Shown here one piece after another: positions 1 through 9,224 of a DNA stretch of 64,000 nt (the first letter of the stretch is position 1; each line of letters starts with the position of its first letter). The stretch is from an uncultured Clostridia bacterium. GTDB lineage: Bacteria > Bacillota > Clostridia > TANB77 > CAG-508. The notes beneath the pieces are model-generated. The model saw nothing but the letters and a program-made list of their open reading frames with translations, did not search any database and was not told the origin of the DNA. Position numbers and translations under genes: made by a program. The stretch is from contig CANQHI010000002.1 of the NCBI GenBank assembly GCA_947623725.1, positions 7,296 through 71,295 on the forward strand, in the 5' to 3' direction.

Positions 1-248
1 GATAAATCTGCACATAATTCATTCATATATGAAATTAAAGCATCTCTAACTTTATACTTTAAATCTTGATCTTCTTTTGAATCACTGTTTGCAATTACAT
101 GAAGTCTAAAAACATTAGAACTTAAATTGCTAGCAACATTTTTTGCATAAGATGCTGCAGACAATGTAATAAAAAGTCCAGAAAGTATAATTAGGATAAT
201 AAAATATTTTTTTAACTTAATATTCTTTTTTATAAAAACTTTTCTCAT
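1..248 (-). CDS. spoIIR: Stage II sporulation protein R (SpoIIR), N-terminal part; gene continues beyond the window start
   Basis: Minus-strand translation from the ATG ending at 248 gives MRKVFIKKNIKLKKYFIILIILSGLFITLSAASYAKNVASNLSSNVFRLHVIANSDSKEDQDLKYKVRDALISY. The signal/TM segment plus the RLHVIANSDS..EDQ motif are typical of SpoIIR. Confidence 0.65.
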   Translation of the reverse strand, partial: MRKVFIKKNIKLKKYFIILIILSGLFITLSAASYAKNVASNLSSNVFRLHVIANSDSKEDQDLKYKVRDALISYMNELCADL

Positions 249-435
249 AATTATTTTATAATATAATTCACAAAAATTTATGTATTTGTGATATATACAA
301 AACTCCTTTCTATTATAATTTTTTAGTTCATAAAAATTTCTATTTAATAAAATTATTACCTGTAAAAAAAAATTTATACATAAATGGAAAAAATTTTATG
401 TCGAATTTTTGTATATAATTTTTTGTGTATTTCTC

Positions 436-464
436 TTGACAATTTTGTAATATAATGGTAATAT
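436..464 (+). promoter_or_regulatory. Sigma-A-like promoter (TTGACA-N17-TAATAT) upstream of ORF 487
   Basis: TTGACA at 436-441, a 17-nt spacer, TAATAT at 459-464. RBS AGGAGA at 474-479. Confidence 0.4.
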
Positions 465-486
465 TTACCAAGAAAGGAGAACACAA

Positions 487-924
487 ATGAAGGTAGAAAA
501 ATTATGCAACTTTTATGCAAGTAAGTATCATTTAAGTATTATTTTATTAGAATATTTGAAAGAGAAAAAAACGAAAAAATATAACGTAATAAGTTTTCTA
601 CAAGAAGAACTAGAAGATGAAATAAATGTATTAGCTCAGAAATATAAATTTGATGAAGAATTAATAAAAGATATAGATTTTAAAGTAACAAAAGATATAT
701 ATAAGAAGGAATTAAATGAATTAAAAAACACTATATTTATAGTACAAGGAAATTTACAATATATAAGGGAAGCAAATGATTATATTGTAGATTCATTAAA
801 AAATAATATAAATGTAAAAATAGTTAACTGCTATAATTTTGCACATCAAAAATTATATATGAAAGACATAATTGCTAAAAGTGATAAAATTTTATTTACA
901 ACAGGTGAAAAAATAATTGACTAA
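487..924 (+). CDS. Hypothetical protein (145 aa)
   Basis: Intact ORF with an RBS and an upstream promoter. No family recognised. Confidence 0.5.
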   Translation: MKVEKLCNFYASKYHLSIILLEYLKEKKTKKYNVISFLQEELEDEINVLAQKYKFDEELIKDIDFKVTKDIYKKELNELKNTIFIVQGNLQYIREANDYIVDSLKNNINVKIVNCYNFAHQKLYMKDIIAKSDKILFTTGEKIID

Positions 925-1047
925 TTTTTTTTATTGGTATAATATATAGTGTATCTAAAAAAATTTATATATCATTTTTAGATGTGAATGGCATGAAGTG
1001 TCTACAGTGGCCGAAGCCATAAAGGGAAAATGGCAAAGGAGAAAAAA

Positions 1048-2298
1048 ATGGACGAAAAATTAAAGCAGGTCGAGCAAAAGTTAACAAAATATGGCCAGGA
1101 ACAATTACTGAATGAGTATAATAGGATTACTGACGAAAAACAAAAACAAGATTTTTTAGATAGTTTACTTACAATTGATTATAATCAAGTAAAAACATTA
1201 TATGAAAAAAGTAAAGAAAAGCCAATGGTTCACAAAAACAAAATTGAGCCTATAGAATATGTTGACAAAGCAAGATTATCAAAAGAAGAATATGAAGAAT
1301 TATCAAAATTAGGTACACAGAAGATTAAAAATGGAAAATTAGCAGTTGTAACAATGGCAGGTGGTCAAGGTACAAGACTTGGACATAAAGGACCAAAAGG
1401 GACTTTTGACTTGGGATTAGATTCACACAAATCTATATTTGAGATTTTAACAGATACATTAAAAGAGGCTAGAAATAATTTTAATGTTGATATTCCTTGG
1501 TACATAATGACGAGTGATGAAAATAATGAAGAAACTCAAAAATTTTTTGAAAAAAATAATTATTTTGGGTATCCTAAAAAGTGCGTAACATTTTTTAAAC
1601 AAGGAAAATTACCTATGGTATCACTAGAGGGTAAAATTTTGATTGATGAAAATCACAAAGTAAAAGAAGCATCAGATGGACATGGAGGAATATTCCATTC
1701 TATGTATAAAGAAGGCATTGTATATGACATGAAAGCAAGAGGTATAGAGTGGGTATTTATAGGTGGAGTAGACAATGTTTTAGTAAAGCCTGTTGATCCA
1801 ATATTAATAGGACTAGCAATAAAACAAAAAGCAGTAGCAGCAGGAAAAAGCTTAGTAAAAGCAAATGCACATGAAAAGGTAGGAGTATTTTGCAAAAGAA
1901 ATGGAAAGCCTAGTGTTATAGAATACACAGAAATAAGCAACGAAATGGCAGAAGAAAAAGACGAATTAGGTAATTTAAAATATGGTGAATCTCATATTTT
2001 GTGCAATCTATTTAGTATTGAAGCAATTGATAAAATAAGTCAAATTTCATTACCATATCACATTGCTTGCAAAAAAGCAAAATATATAGATGAAAATGGA
2101 AAATTAGTAACTACAGATGTTCCTAATGCATACAAGTTTGAAGCGTTTTTATTTGATGCATTTGAAAGTTTAGATAATTTATCAGTGCTTAGAGTAAAAA
2201 GAGAAGAGGAATTTGCGCCTGTAAAAAATGCTAGTGGAGAAGATAGCCCAGAAACAGCTAGAAAATTATATATTAATTATCATAAAAGTCATGTATAA
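1048..2298 (+). CDS. UDP-N-acetylglucosamine / UDP-sugar pyrophosphorylase (UAP1-like nucleotidyltransferase)
   Basis: LAVVTMAGGQGTRLGHKGPKGTF glycine-rich nucleotidyltransferase loop of the UDPGP/UAP family. Start chosen at ATG 1048 (RBS AAGGAG at 1035-1040). The track ORF starts at 1030 with poor spacing. Confidence 0.8.
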   Translation: MDEKLKQVEQKLTKYGQEQLLNEYNRITDEKQKQDFLDSLLTIDYNQVKTLYEKSKEKPMVHKNKIEPIEYVDKARLSKEEYEELSKLGTQKIKNGKLAVVTMAGGQGTRLGHKGPKGTFDLGLDSHKSIFEILTDTLKEARNNFNVDIPWYIMTSDENNEETQKFFEKNNYFGYPKKCVTFFKQGKLPMVSLEGKILIDENHKVKEASDGHGGIFHSMYKEGIVYDMKARGIEWVFIGGVDNVLVKPVDPILIGLAIKQKAVAAGKSLVKANAHEKVGVFCKRNGKPSVIEYTEISNEMAEEKDELGNLKYGESHILCNLFSIEAIDKISQISLPYHIACKKAKYIDENGKLVTTDVPNAYKFEAFLFDAFESLDNLSVLRVKREEEFAPVKNASGEDSPETARKLYINYHKSHV

Positions 2299-2307
2299 AA
2301 ATTAAAA

Positions 2308-2350
2308 GAAAATAAGCTAATAATGGCTTGTTTTCTTTATTATTTTTTTA
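2308..2350 (+). terminator. Rho-independent terminator
   Basis: Hairpin GAAAATAAGC / GCTTGTTTTC (one G·U) followed by a T-run. Confidence 0.5.
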
Positions 2351-2431
2351 AAACAAATTACATAAAAGTAAAAAATAAATTAGGAAGGAGTTATATAGAG
2401 AGATTATACAACTAATAATTTTTTTAGATTT

Positions 2432-4180
2432 TTGTATAATAACTTATATAAAAAGAAACATATGAAAGAATATTTAGAAAAATATCAAGAATGGCTTAAT
2501 AACCCAGTGTTTGATGAAGATACTAAAAAAGAATTAGAATCAATAAAAGATAATGAAAAAGAAATTGAAGATAGATTTTATAAAGAATTAGAATTTGGTA
2601 CAGCAGGTTTAAGAGGCATAATTGGAGCGGGCTTAAATAGAATGAATAAATATACTGTGGGAAGAGCAACACAAGGTTTAGCAAACTTTATATTAAAGGA
2701 AGGAACTCAAGATAAAGGTGTTGCAATAGCTTTTGATTCAAGACATAAATCACAAGAATTTGCAGAAGAAACAGCATTATGCTTAAATGCAAATGGTATA
2801 AAAACGTATGTATTTGAATCATTGAGACCAGTTCCAGAATTATCATTTACAGTTAGAGAATTAAAATGTACAGCAGGGATTATGATTACAGCAAGCCATA
2901 ATCCTCCAGAATATAATGGATATAAAGTTTATTGGGACGATGGAGCACAAATAGTGCCACCAAAGGATAAACAAATTATTAATGAAGTAAATAATACAGA
3001 ATTTTCACATATAAAAACAATGGAAAAAAGTGTGGCCGTTGAAAAAGGTTTGTATATACAAATAGGAAAAGAAATTGATGATAAATTTAATGATACATTA
3101 AAATCATTAGTTTTAAATCCTGAGATAATAAAAGAATATGGAGATAAAATAAAAATAGTATATACACCATTGCACGGTGCTGGAAACGTACCAGTGCAAA
3201 GAGTTTTAAAAGAACTAGGATTTACAAATGTATATGTAGTTCCAGAACAAGAAATGCCAGATGGAGATTTTCCAACAGTTAGTTACCCAAATCCAGAAGA
3301 CAAAAATGCATTCAAATTAGCATTAGAACTTGCAAAAAAAGTAGATGCAGATGTTGTTTTAGCAACAGATCCAGACTCTGATAGATTAGGAGTATATTCT
3401 AAAAATGAAAATGGAGAATATATTTCGTATACTGGAAATATGTCAGCATTGCTTATTGCAGAATATGAATTTTCTCAGAAAAAAGAAAAAGGAGTGTTAC
3501 CATCAAATGGAGCATTTGTCACAACTATAGTTTCATCAAATATGGCAAAAGCAATAGCAAAAGAATATAATTTAAAAATTTTTGAAACACTTACAGGTTT
3601 TAAATGGATGGGTGAAAAAATAAGAGAGTTTGAAGAAAAAGATACATATAAATTCCAGTTTGGATTTGAAGAAAGTTATGGATGTTTATTGAGTCCACAT
3701 GCTAGAGATAAAGATGGAGTATCTGCAGTTATGGCTGTTTGTGAAGCAGCAGCATATTACAAGAGCAAAGGATATACTTTATGGGAACAGATGCTTAATA
3801 TTTATAAAAAATATGGATTTTATAAAGAAGGACAAATTTCAATTGTTCTAAAAGGTATAGATGGAGCAGAACAAATAAAATCTAAAATGGAAAGAATAAG
3901 GAAAAATCCTCCAACATCATTAGCTGGTTTTGATGTTTTAGAAGTAAGAGATTATCAAGAACATACCGTTATTAAAGCAAATGGAGAAAAAGAAGAAACT
4001 GATTTACCAACATCAAATGTAATCTATTTTGATTTAACTGATAATGCATGGGCATGTGTAAGACCTTCTGGAACAGAACCTAAAATTAAATTTTATATGG
4101 GTGTAAGAGGAACAAGTATGCAAGATGCAGATGAAAAATTAGATAAAATTACTGAAGCTATGAAAAAGATTGTTGAATAA
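2432..4180 (+). CDS. pgcA: Phospho-sugar mutase (alpha-phosphoglucomutase/phosphomannomutase family, PgcA-like)
   Basis: Active-site TASHNPPEYNGYK motif with FGTAGLRG. Length 582 aa. The alternative start at 2462 (MKEYLEKYQEW) aligns with PgcA N-termini. Confidence 0.8.
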   Translation: MYNNLYKKKHMKEYLEKYQEWLNNPVFDEDTKKELESIKDNEKEIEDRFYKELEFGTAGLRGIIGAGLNRMNKYTVGRATQGLANFILKEGTQDKGVAIAFDSRHKSQEFAEETALCLNANGIKTYVFESLRPVPELSFTVRELKCTAGIMITASHNPPEYNGYKVYWDDGAQIVPPKDKQIINEVNNTEFSHIKTMEKSVAVEKGLYIQIGKEIDDKFNDTLKSLVLNPEIIKEYGDKIKIVYTPLHGAGNVPVQRVLKELGFTNVYVVPEQEMPDGDFPTVSYPNPEDKNAFKLALELAKKVDADVVLATDPDSDRLGVYSKNENGEYISYTGNMSALLIAEYEFSQKKEKGVLPSNGAFVTTIVSSNMAKAIAKEYNLKIFETLTGFKWMGEKIREFEEKDTYKFQFGFEESYGCLLSPHARDKDGVSAVMAVCEAAAYYKSKGYTLWEQMLNIYKKYGFYKEGQISIVLKGIDGAEQIKSKMERIRKNPPTSLAGFDVLEVRDYQEHTVIKANGEKEETDLPTSNVIYFDLTDNAWACVRPSGTEPKIKFYMGVRGTSMQDADEKLDKITEAMKKIVE

Positions 4181-4251
4181 ATATGTAAAGATAATAATAA
4201 AAAATATAGTAGCTATTATAGTGAAAATATGCTATAATAGTTACTAGATAT

Positions 4252-4330
4252 GTCCTCGTAGCTCAGTTGGATAGAGCGCGGACCTCCTAAGTCCGGTCTT
4301 GCGGTGGTTCGACTCCACTCGGGGACACCA
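4252..4330 (+). tRNA. tRNA-Arg (anticodon CCU)
   Basis: Acceptor stem GTCCTCG / CGGGGAC with 3' ACCA. D-arm GCTC..GAGC. Anticodon stem CGGAC/GTCCG with loop CTCCTAA. T-loop TTCGACT. Confidence 0.8.
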
Positions 4331-4369
4331 AATGATTATAAAAATTAAAACATATAGTGATATAGAAAG

Positions 4370-4406
4370 GAATACTTAATAATGTAAAGTTGAGTATTCT
4401 TTTTTA
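4370..4406 (+). terminator. Rho-independent terminator after tRNA-Arg
   Basis: 9-bp stem GAATACTTA / TGAGTATTC followed by T6. Confidence 0.55.
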
Positions 4407-4554
4407 TGTAAATTAAAAATTTATAAAATTATTAATAAAATATGAAAAAAGATCCTTAAAAATCCACATAATCTTGTTATTTTGACAATAATTATATATT
4501 TTTATTATTATGTTTCGTCGAAAAAATAATAAAAAATAATTTTTATAAAAAATC

Positions 4555-4645
4555 AAAAGTTTGCAAAGAAAAATAGAATTATGTAAATAAAGTTTGCGAA
4601 TTTTTTAGTAAAATTTGCAAAAAAATTTTGCAAACTATAATATAT
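4555..4645 (+). promoter_or_regulatory. Array of four TTTGCAAA/TTTGCGAA palindromic boxes overlapping a -35/-10-like element
   Basis: Boxes at 4560, 4593, 4614 and 4627. TTTGCAAAAAAATTTTGCAAA is followed by CTATAATATATAAT. Confidence 0.3.
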
Positions 4646-4997
4646 AATTTTAAAATTTTTTAATAATAAAATATACAAAAAGAAAGAATTAAAAAGTCTA
4701 AAACAATTGATATAACAATAATTTTCTGTGTATTATAATTAAAAAAGTTTAAGTGAAAAAATTAAATAAATTAGCGAAATATCGAGTACATTTTAAATTT
4801 TATTATGTTATTATAAAAATAACCTCATAAAATTACAAAATCTTGTAAAAAAATTTAAAATTATAAAAAATTCCAACTAAAGATTGCCAAAATTCATACT
4901 AAAATTGGTTGTGAAAAATTTCATAATGAATATAATATTTAAACATAGAGATTTTTGTGAAGGGAGGTAATATTTTTTACGAAGGAGATAAGACAAA

Positions 4998-5915
4998 ATG
5001 AGTAAAACTTTAGGAGAAATAATAGCAGAAGGAAGAAAAAAGAAGGGGTTATCTCAAGAAAAATTTTCTGAGCAAATGAAATGTACAAGGCAAATGGTAT
5101 CGAGATGGGAACTAGATGATGCAAAACCTAGAACAGAAAATATTAAAAGAATATCTAAAGTTTTAGAAATACCTATTGATGAATTAATCGGAGACAAAGA
5201 TAAGAAAAAAACTAATATTTCTAACGATTCAAATCCAATAAAAGTTAAGAAATTTAATTATAGAAAAGTGTCTATTATAATAGGTATTATAATTGCATTA
5301 CTAATTGTATTATATGGAGGGTATTCGATATATAAGTATACATTATTGAATAATATTTATTCAAAAGTTGCTCAATATATGAATGTGGAAAATTATTATT
5401 TTAGAAGAGATTCATATAAAAATGATGAAATGAGAAATACAGTTGAAGTTTGGTATAAGAATGGATTGTACAAGGTTATAGAAACATCATATTTTGATAA
5501 CATAGAGAATTATTCTGTAAAATATTTTGATGTTATTAATAAATACAGATATACAGTAAATGAAACAGAAAAAACGTATAATCAGTCATATTTAGTGAAT
5601 ACAACTCAATATGAAAATGGAGCTTATATGTATTCTCTATTTCCGTTTTCGATAATTGGTAATGCAAAGGAAGATTTTGGCAGATTATCTAGACAAATAA
5701 ATCTTATTTTTAGTAAAATTGAAGATAATAAATTATTATTAAAGATAAATGATGAAAAGATATATTTTAACAAAGAGAATTATTTTCCTGTTATAGACAA
5801 TATAAAAAATAATAATAAAGATATTTCGGATGCTGATATGCAATATCGTATAGAATTAAATAGCGTGCAAGATGAAGATGTTGTAATACCTAACTATTAT
5901 AAAAAAGAAGAATAA
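4998..5915 (+). CDS. Membrane-anchored XRE-family HTH transcriptional regulator (N-terminal HTH, one TM, extracytoplasmic C-domain)
   Basis: N-terminal LGEIIAEGRKKKGLSQEKFSEQMKCTRQMVSRWE HTH_XRE signature. TM segment VSIIIGIIIALLIVLYGGYSIY. RBS AAGGAGAT. Confidence 0.7.
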   Translation: MSKTLGEIIAEGRKKKGLSQEKFSEQMKCTRQMVSRWELDDAKPRTENIKRISKVLEIPIDELIGDKDKKKTNISNDSNPIKVKKFNYRKVSIIIGIIIALLIVLYGGYSIYKYTLLNNIYSKVAQYMNVENYYFRRDSYKNDEMRNTVEVWYKNGLYKVIETSYFDNIENYSVKYFDVINKYRYTVNETEKTYNQSYLVNTTQYENGAYMYSLFPFSIIGNAKEDFGRLSRQINLIFSKIEDNKLLLKINDEKIYFNKENYFPVIDNIKNNNKDISDADMQYRIELNSVQDEDVVIPNYYKKEE

Positions 5916-5919
5916 ACAA

Positions 5920-5943
5920 GGGCTTATGATTTCTCATAAGCCC
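5920..5943. terminator. Bidirectional terminator between convergent genes
   Basis: 10-bp perfect stem GGGCTTATGA / TCATAAGCCC with loop TTTC. Confidence 0.6.
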
Positions 5944-5966
5944 ACAGTGTAAGTATTTCACTAGTA

Positions 5967-6437
5967 TCATTGATAAATAGAACAGGCTACTTTAAAAGAA
6001 TCTCTTGTGGAAGCATCAAATATAAAAGTATAATCTCCAGAATCTAAATAATAAGCTGGAGCTATTGGAGTAGTATCTCCAGTAGATAGGGATAATACAC
6101 CGAGGTAATAAAATGAACCATCAGGGAATTTAACAGTACAAGATGTTGTACCAGATGTACTACTAAAAGCAATGGCGGCTTTAAATCCACCATAAGATAA
6201 ATTTTTGCCAAGGTGCACAGTAACTTCTCCATAACCACCTGAAATGGTTCCGCCACTGAATCCAACTTTATCGTCTAGTGAAGTAGGACTTACTTCGCCA
6301 CCTTCTCCGGTAGCATTGATACTAACATTTTCGGTTACTGCAGGTTCAGCAGAAGGCTGCTCACTTGCAAACGCCGTCGTTGAAAATACCAACGAAAGAA
6401 TAAGACCGATTGTTACTAAAGTGTTGATTTTCTTCAT
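5967..6437 (-). CDS. Secreted G/S/T-rich protein of unknown function (signal peptide)
   Basis: Start at MKKINTLVTIGLILSLVFSTTAFA (GGAGGA RBS 8 nt upstream). Local GC is higher than the surroundings. Confidence 0.55.
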   Translation of the reverse strand: MKKINTLVTIGLILSLVFSTTAFASEQPSAEPAVTENVSINATGEGGEVSPTSLDDKVGFSGGTISGGYGEVTVHLGKNLSYGGFKAAIAFSSTSGTTSCTVKFPDGSFYYLGVLSLSTGDTTPIAPAYYLDSGDYTFIFDASTRDSFKVACSIYQ

Positions 6438-6639
6438 TTTGTTTTCCTCCATTCTTTTTTTTAAAGGCTTCAGTTTACAAGGATCTCTATATCATCTATA
6501 TAACGAAGCAAGAGTTTCGTTATATAGTAATATTTAATACAAAGTTACATAATATGTATTTACAATATAATATTAATATGTCTTCAAATCAATTTCAAGT
6601 TTTTTGTAAGAAAATGTAATTAATTTGAAGGAGTTGGAA

Positions 6640-6987
6640 ATGGAAGCATTAGAAGAGAAAATAATAGAAGAATTAAAAATTTTTAAATTTAAAAGGAATT
6701 CTTTAAGTTATGAGTATTTAATAGATGCAATAAAGATTGTATCAAAACAAAAGACAACAATAAAAGATTTTTTACATTATGTTTATAAGCCTATTTCTGA
6801 AAAATACGACACAAAGCCAGACAACGTACAATGGTGTCTTATAAAGTTAATTAATTTAATGTATTATAATACAGAAGAAGAAATTATTGATAATTACTTT
6901 AATATAAATAAAGATGAAAAACTTACAGCAAAACAGTTTATAATAGGAATAGCTAGAAAAATCGACTATAATAAAGATAATATTTAA
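6640..6987 (+). CDS. Standalone Spo0A C-terminal (DNA-binding) domain-like protein
   Basis: Pattern YEYLIDAIKIV ... FLHYVYKPISEKYDTKPDNVQWCLIKLINLMY ... TAKQFIIGIARKI parallels the Spo0A_C helices (GYLYLREAI ... [28 protein letters not shown] ... EFIAMVADKL). ATG at 6640 has a GAAGGAG RBS. The track used an upstream TTG. Confidence 0.55.
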   Translation: MEALEEKIIEELKIFKFKRNSLSYEYLIDAIKIVSKQKTTIKDFLHYVYKPISEKYDTKPDNVQWCLIKLINLMYYNTEEEIIDNYFNINKDEKLTAKQFIIGIARKIDYNKDNI

Positions 6988-7138
6988 TTAAAATAAATGT
7001 TGATATAACTTATGCTAAAGATGTTTTATAATGTATAAAATTAGAAAAATTTGTTAAAAAATTAAAAAATGCTTGACTTTGTTTGGCAGAATATGGTATT
7101 ATATTGTTCGTACACAAAAAATGAAAGGAGGGATATTT

Positions 7139-7450
7139 ATGGAAGAATTGTATTATTATATTGAAATCAACAAAATACTTGAAAACTATAAGGAAGTGAG
7201 AAAATATTACATAGTTAAAGATGAATCTTATGGCATAAAAATTACAAAAACAGAGAATGATGAATTAGTTGAAAAAGAAGTTTTAACAATTAAAAATATA
7301 ATAACAACAAAGGAAAATATTCATAAATTAATGGATTTGATTATTCAATGTGAGGATAATTATGATTTAATCGTAGATACTGTTAAAGATTATGCAGAGA
7401 ATCAAGTAAATGACATCATAAATAATATAGAAAAAAGAACAGGTATTTAA
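7139..7450 (+). CDS. Hypothetical protein (103 aa)
   Basis: ATG at 7139 after AAAGGAGGG. Followed by terminator 7506-7533. Confidence 0.45.
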   Translation: MEELYYYIEINKILENYKEVRKYYIVKDESYGIKITKTENDELVEKEVLTIKNIITTKENIHKLMDLIIQCEDNYDLIVDTVKDYAENQVNDIINNIEKRTGI

Positions 7451-7505
7451 TATAACATTTTATGATATACAGAAGAAAAGAGATATTTATTAATAAATAT
7501 TTTAC

Positions 7506-7533
7506 AAGAACATTATTTATATGTTCTTTTTTC
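7506..7533 (+). terminator. Rho-independent terminator
   Basis: AAGAACAT / ATGTTCTT stem plus T-run. Confidence 0.55.
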
Positions 7534-7669
7534 TTGCGAATATTATTTAAATATGATAATATAAATTAAGTAATTAATACTTTAATTATTTACTTTATTA
7601 AACATTATAAAATGGTTTATAGATAACTAACTAATAAAAATCTAAATATAAAAAGGAATTATAAAAAAG

Positions 7670-8143
7670 ATGGACAAAGATTCTTCTTTTTATATGCAAG
7701 AGGCTCTAAAGCAGGCAAAAAAAGCTTTCAATATTCTTGAAGTACCAGTAGGAGCAATAATAGTAAAAGACAATACTATTATAGCAAGAGCATATAATCA
7801 AAAAGAAAAGAAAACAGATACAACACAACATGCAGAAATAATAGCAATTCAAAAAGCTAGCAAGAAATTAAAGTCTTGGAGACTTAATGATTGTGAAATG
7901 TATGTAACTTTAGAGCCTTGCCCTATGTGTGCAGGTGCAATTATTCAATCAAGAATTAAGAAAGTATATATAGGAACAATGGATGAAAAAACAGGAAGTT
8001 GTGGTTCTGTATTAAATCTATTTGAAGATTATAAATTTAATCACAATGTAGAAGTTGAAACTGGAATATGCAAAGACGAATGTGAAAAAATATTAAAAGA
8101 CTTTTTTAAAGAATTAAGAGTATTAAATAAAACTAAAGTATAA
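7670..8143 (+). CDS. tadA: tRNA-specific adenosine deaminase TadA
   Basis: HAE...PCxxC zinc-deaminase motifs (HAEIIAIQKA, LEPCPMCAGA). Conserved position upstream of scr-dnaX. Confidence 0.9.
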   Translation: MDKDSSFYMQEALKQAKKAFNILEVPVGAIIVKDNTIIARAYNQKEKKTDTTQHAEIIAIQKASKKLKSWRLNDCEMYVTLEPCPMCAGAIIQSRIKKVYIGTMDEKTGSCGSVLNLFEDYKFNHNVEVETGICKDECEKILKDFFKELRVLNKTKV

Positions 8144-8147
8144 ATTT

Positions 8148-8239
8148 GGAGATGTACCGAAGCGGTCATAACGGAACTGTCTCGAAAACAGCTAGCTGCG
8201 TTTTGTGGCACGTGGGTTCGAATCCCACCATCTCCGCCA
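8148..8239 (+). tRNA. tRNA-Ser (anticodon CGA), long variable arm
   Basis: Acceptor GGAGATG / CATCTCC with GCCA. Anticodon loop CTCGAAA. Long extra arm. T-loop TTCGAAT. Confidence 0.8.
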
Positions 8240-8254
8240 ATTTTGGAGGAACTT

Positions 8255-9001
8255 ATGAATAAAATTATAAAGGAAAAATTAAAACAAGTACTGATATTAT
8301 TTATTATAATTGTAGCATTTGGAAGTGTTTTAGCAATTATGCTAAAATATGAAAGTGAAGGGGAACAAAATATGCCATTCACATTAACAGAAATGATTAT
8401 AGCAAGTAGTGTAGATGAAATGAAAAAAGAAGAAAATCCTGATAATGTTATATGGAATCTAGATATTAATCAGTATAATGACATTTATTTAAAATTTGAT
8501 AAAAATCCAGAATATAAAACAAGTACATATATTGAAAGTATTACAATAGAAAATATTAATTATGAAACAGCAGACGGAAATAATATTGTTACATATATGC
8601 CTAATAGTACAGATGAAAAGCGATTTTCTTATGAGGAAAATTTTGTTGTAAATAATAGCTTAACTTACAAAGGTGGAAGCCAAGATAATATAAAAACATT
8701 AGAAATAAATAAAGAAGGTGGAAGAATATTATTTAGAGTGGTAAATCAAAGGGTTGGAGAATTTGTGTTTAATCAAGATGATGAAATTGCTTATGATGGT
8801 AAATTACTTAAAAAAATAGGAGTTCAAGAAGAAAAATTAAATATCAAAATGAGTTTTGATATTGTAATTAAAACTAATTCAAAAAAATATAGAGGAAAGA
8901 TTAATTTAGATTTACCAAGTGGAAATATTTTAGAAGAAGGAACGAGTAAAGTTGTAAAAACAGACTTTAGCGAAGTTACATTTAAGAGAGAAAATTCTTA
9001 A
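8255..9001 (+). CDS. Membrane-anchored hypothetical protein (N-terminal TM, extracytoplasmic domain)
   Basis: ATG 8255 with GGAGGA RBS. The track start 8243 is a TTG inside the RBS. TM segment VLILFIIIVAFGSVLAIML. Confidence 0.5.
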   Translation: MNKIIKEKLKQVLILFIIIVAFGSVLAIMLKYESEGEQNMPFTLTEMIIASSVDEMKKEENPDNVIWNLDINQYNDIYLKFDKNPEYKTSTYIESITIENINYETADGNNIVTYMPNSTDEKRFSYEENFVVNNSLTYKGGSQDNIKTLEINKEGGRILFRVVNQRVGEFVFNQDDEIAYDGKLLKKIGVQEEKLNIKMSFDIVIKTNSKKYRGKINLDLPSGNILEEGTSKVVKTDFSEVTFKRENS

Positions 9002-9058
9002 AATACTTGCTAAAGAAAAATAAATATTGTATAATTCAAATGGTATGAATATTTTTTT

Positions 9059-9152
9059 ATTCTAGGGTAATCCAATAAGAGCCTATGAATCTTGTCAGGT
9101 CCGGAAGGAAGCAGCAATAAGTAGATACTTTTGTGTGGGTTACTCTAGAATA
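9059..9152 (+). ncRNA. ffs: Signal recognition particle RNA (small 4.5S-type, ffs/scr)
   Basis: Exact domain-IV consensus GTCAGGTCCGGAAGGAAGCAGC. Closing helix TTCTAGGGTAATCC / GGGTTACTCTAGAA. Canonical location between tadA and dnaX. TATAAT at 9028-9033. Confidence 0.75.
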
Positions 9153-9224
9153 AGAAAATATATCATGCCATTATTAAATATAAATCATTAAAAATTCTAT
9201 CAATAAAAAAGAAAGGAAAATTTA

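Noticed and set aside
1653-1940. 95-aa minus-strand ORF inside the pyrophosphorylase gene (and similar antisense ORFs at 9998-10240, 10472-10831, 12388-12792, 13562-13864, 14223-14728, 19871-20080, 20324-20506, 24190-24945, 31419-31910, 33136-33354, 34818-35042, 35911-36198, 37805-38038, 41507-41884, 42125-42442, 43425-43643, 44046-44333, 47414-50318, 51697-52113, 53801-57097, 59540-62803)
   Set aside because: All lie antisense within well-supported genes and encode low-complexity F/L/I/S-rich strings typical of AT-rich antisense frames. No RBS or homology signal.
4939-5124. 61-aa minus ORF
   Set aside because: Antisense to the start of the XRE-family regulator gene. Hydrophobic nonsense.
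6244-6537. 97-aa plus ORF
   Set aside because: Antisense to the secreted-protein gene 5967-6437.
8041-8382. 113-aa minus ORF
   Set aside because: Overlaps tRNA-Ser and the tadA 3' end on the opposite strand. Artefactual.
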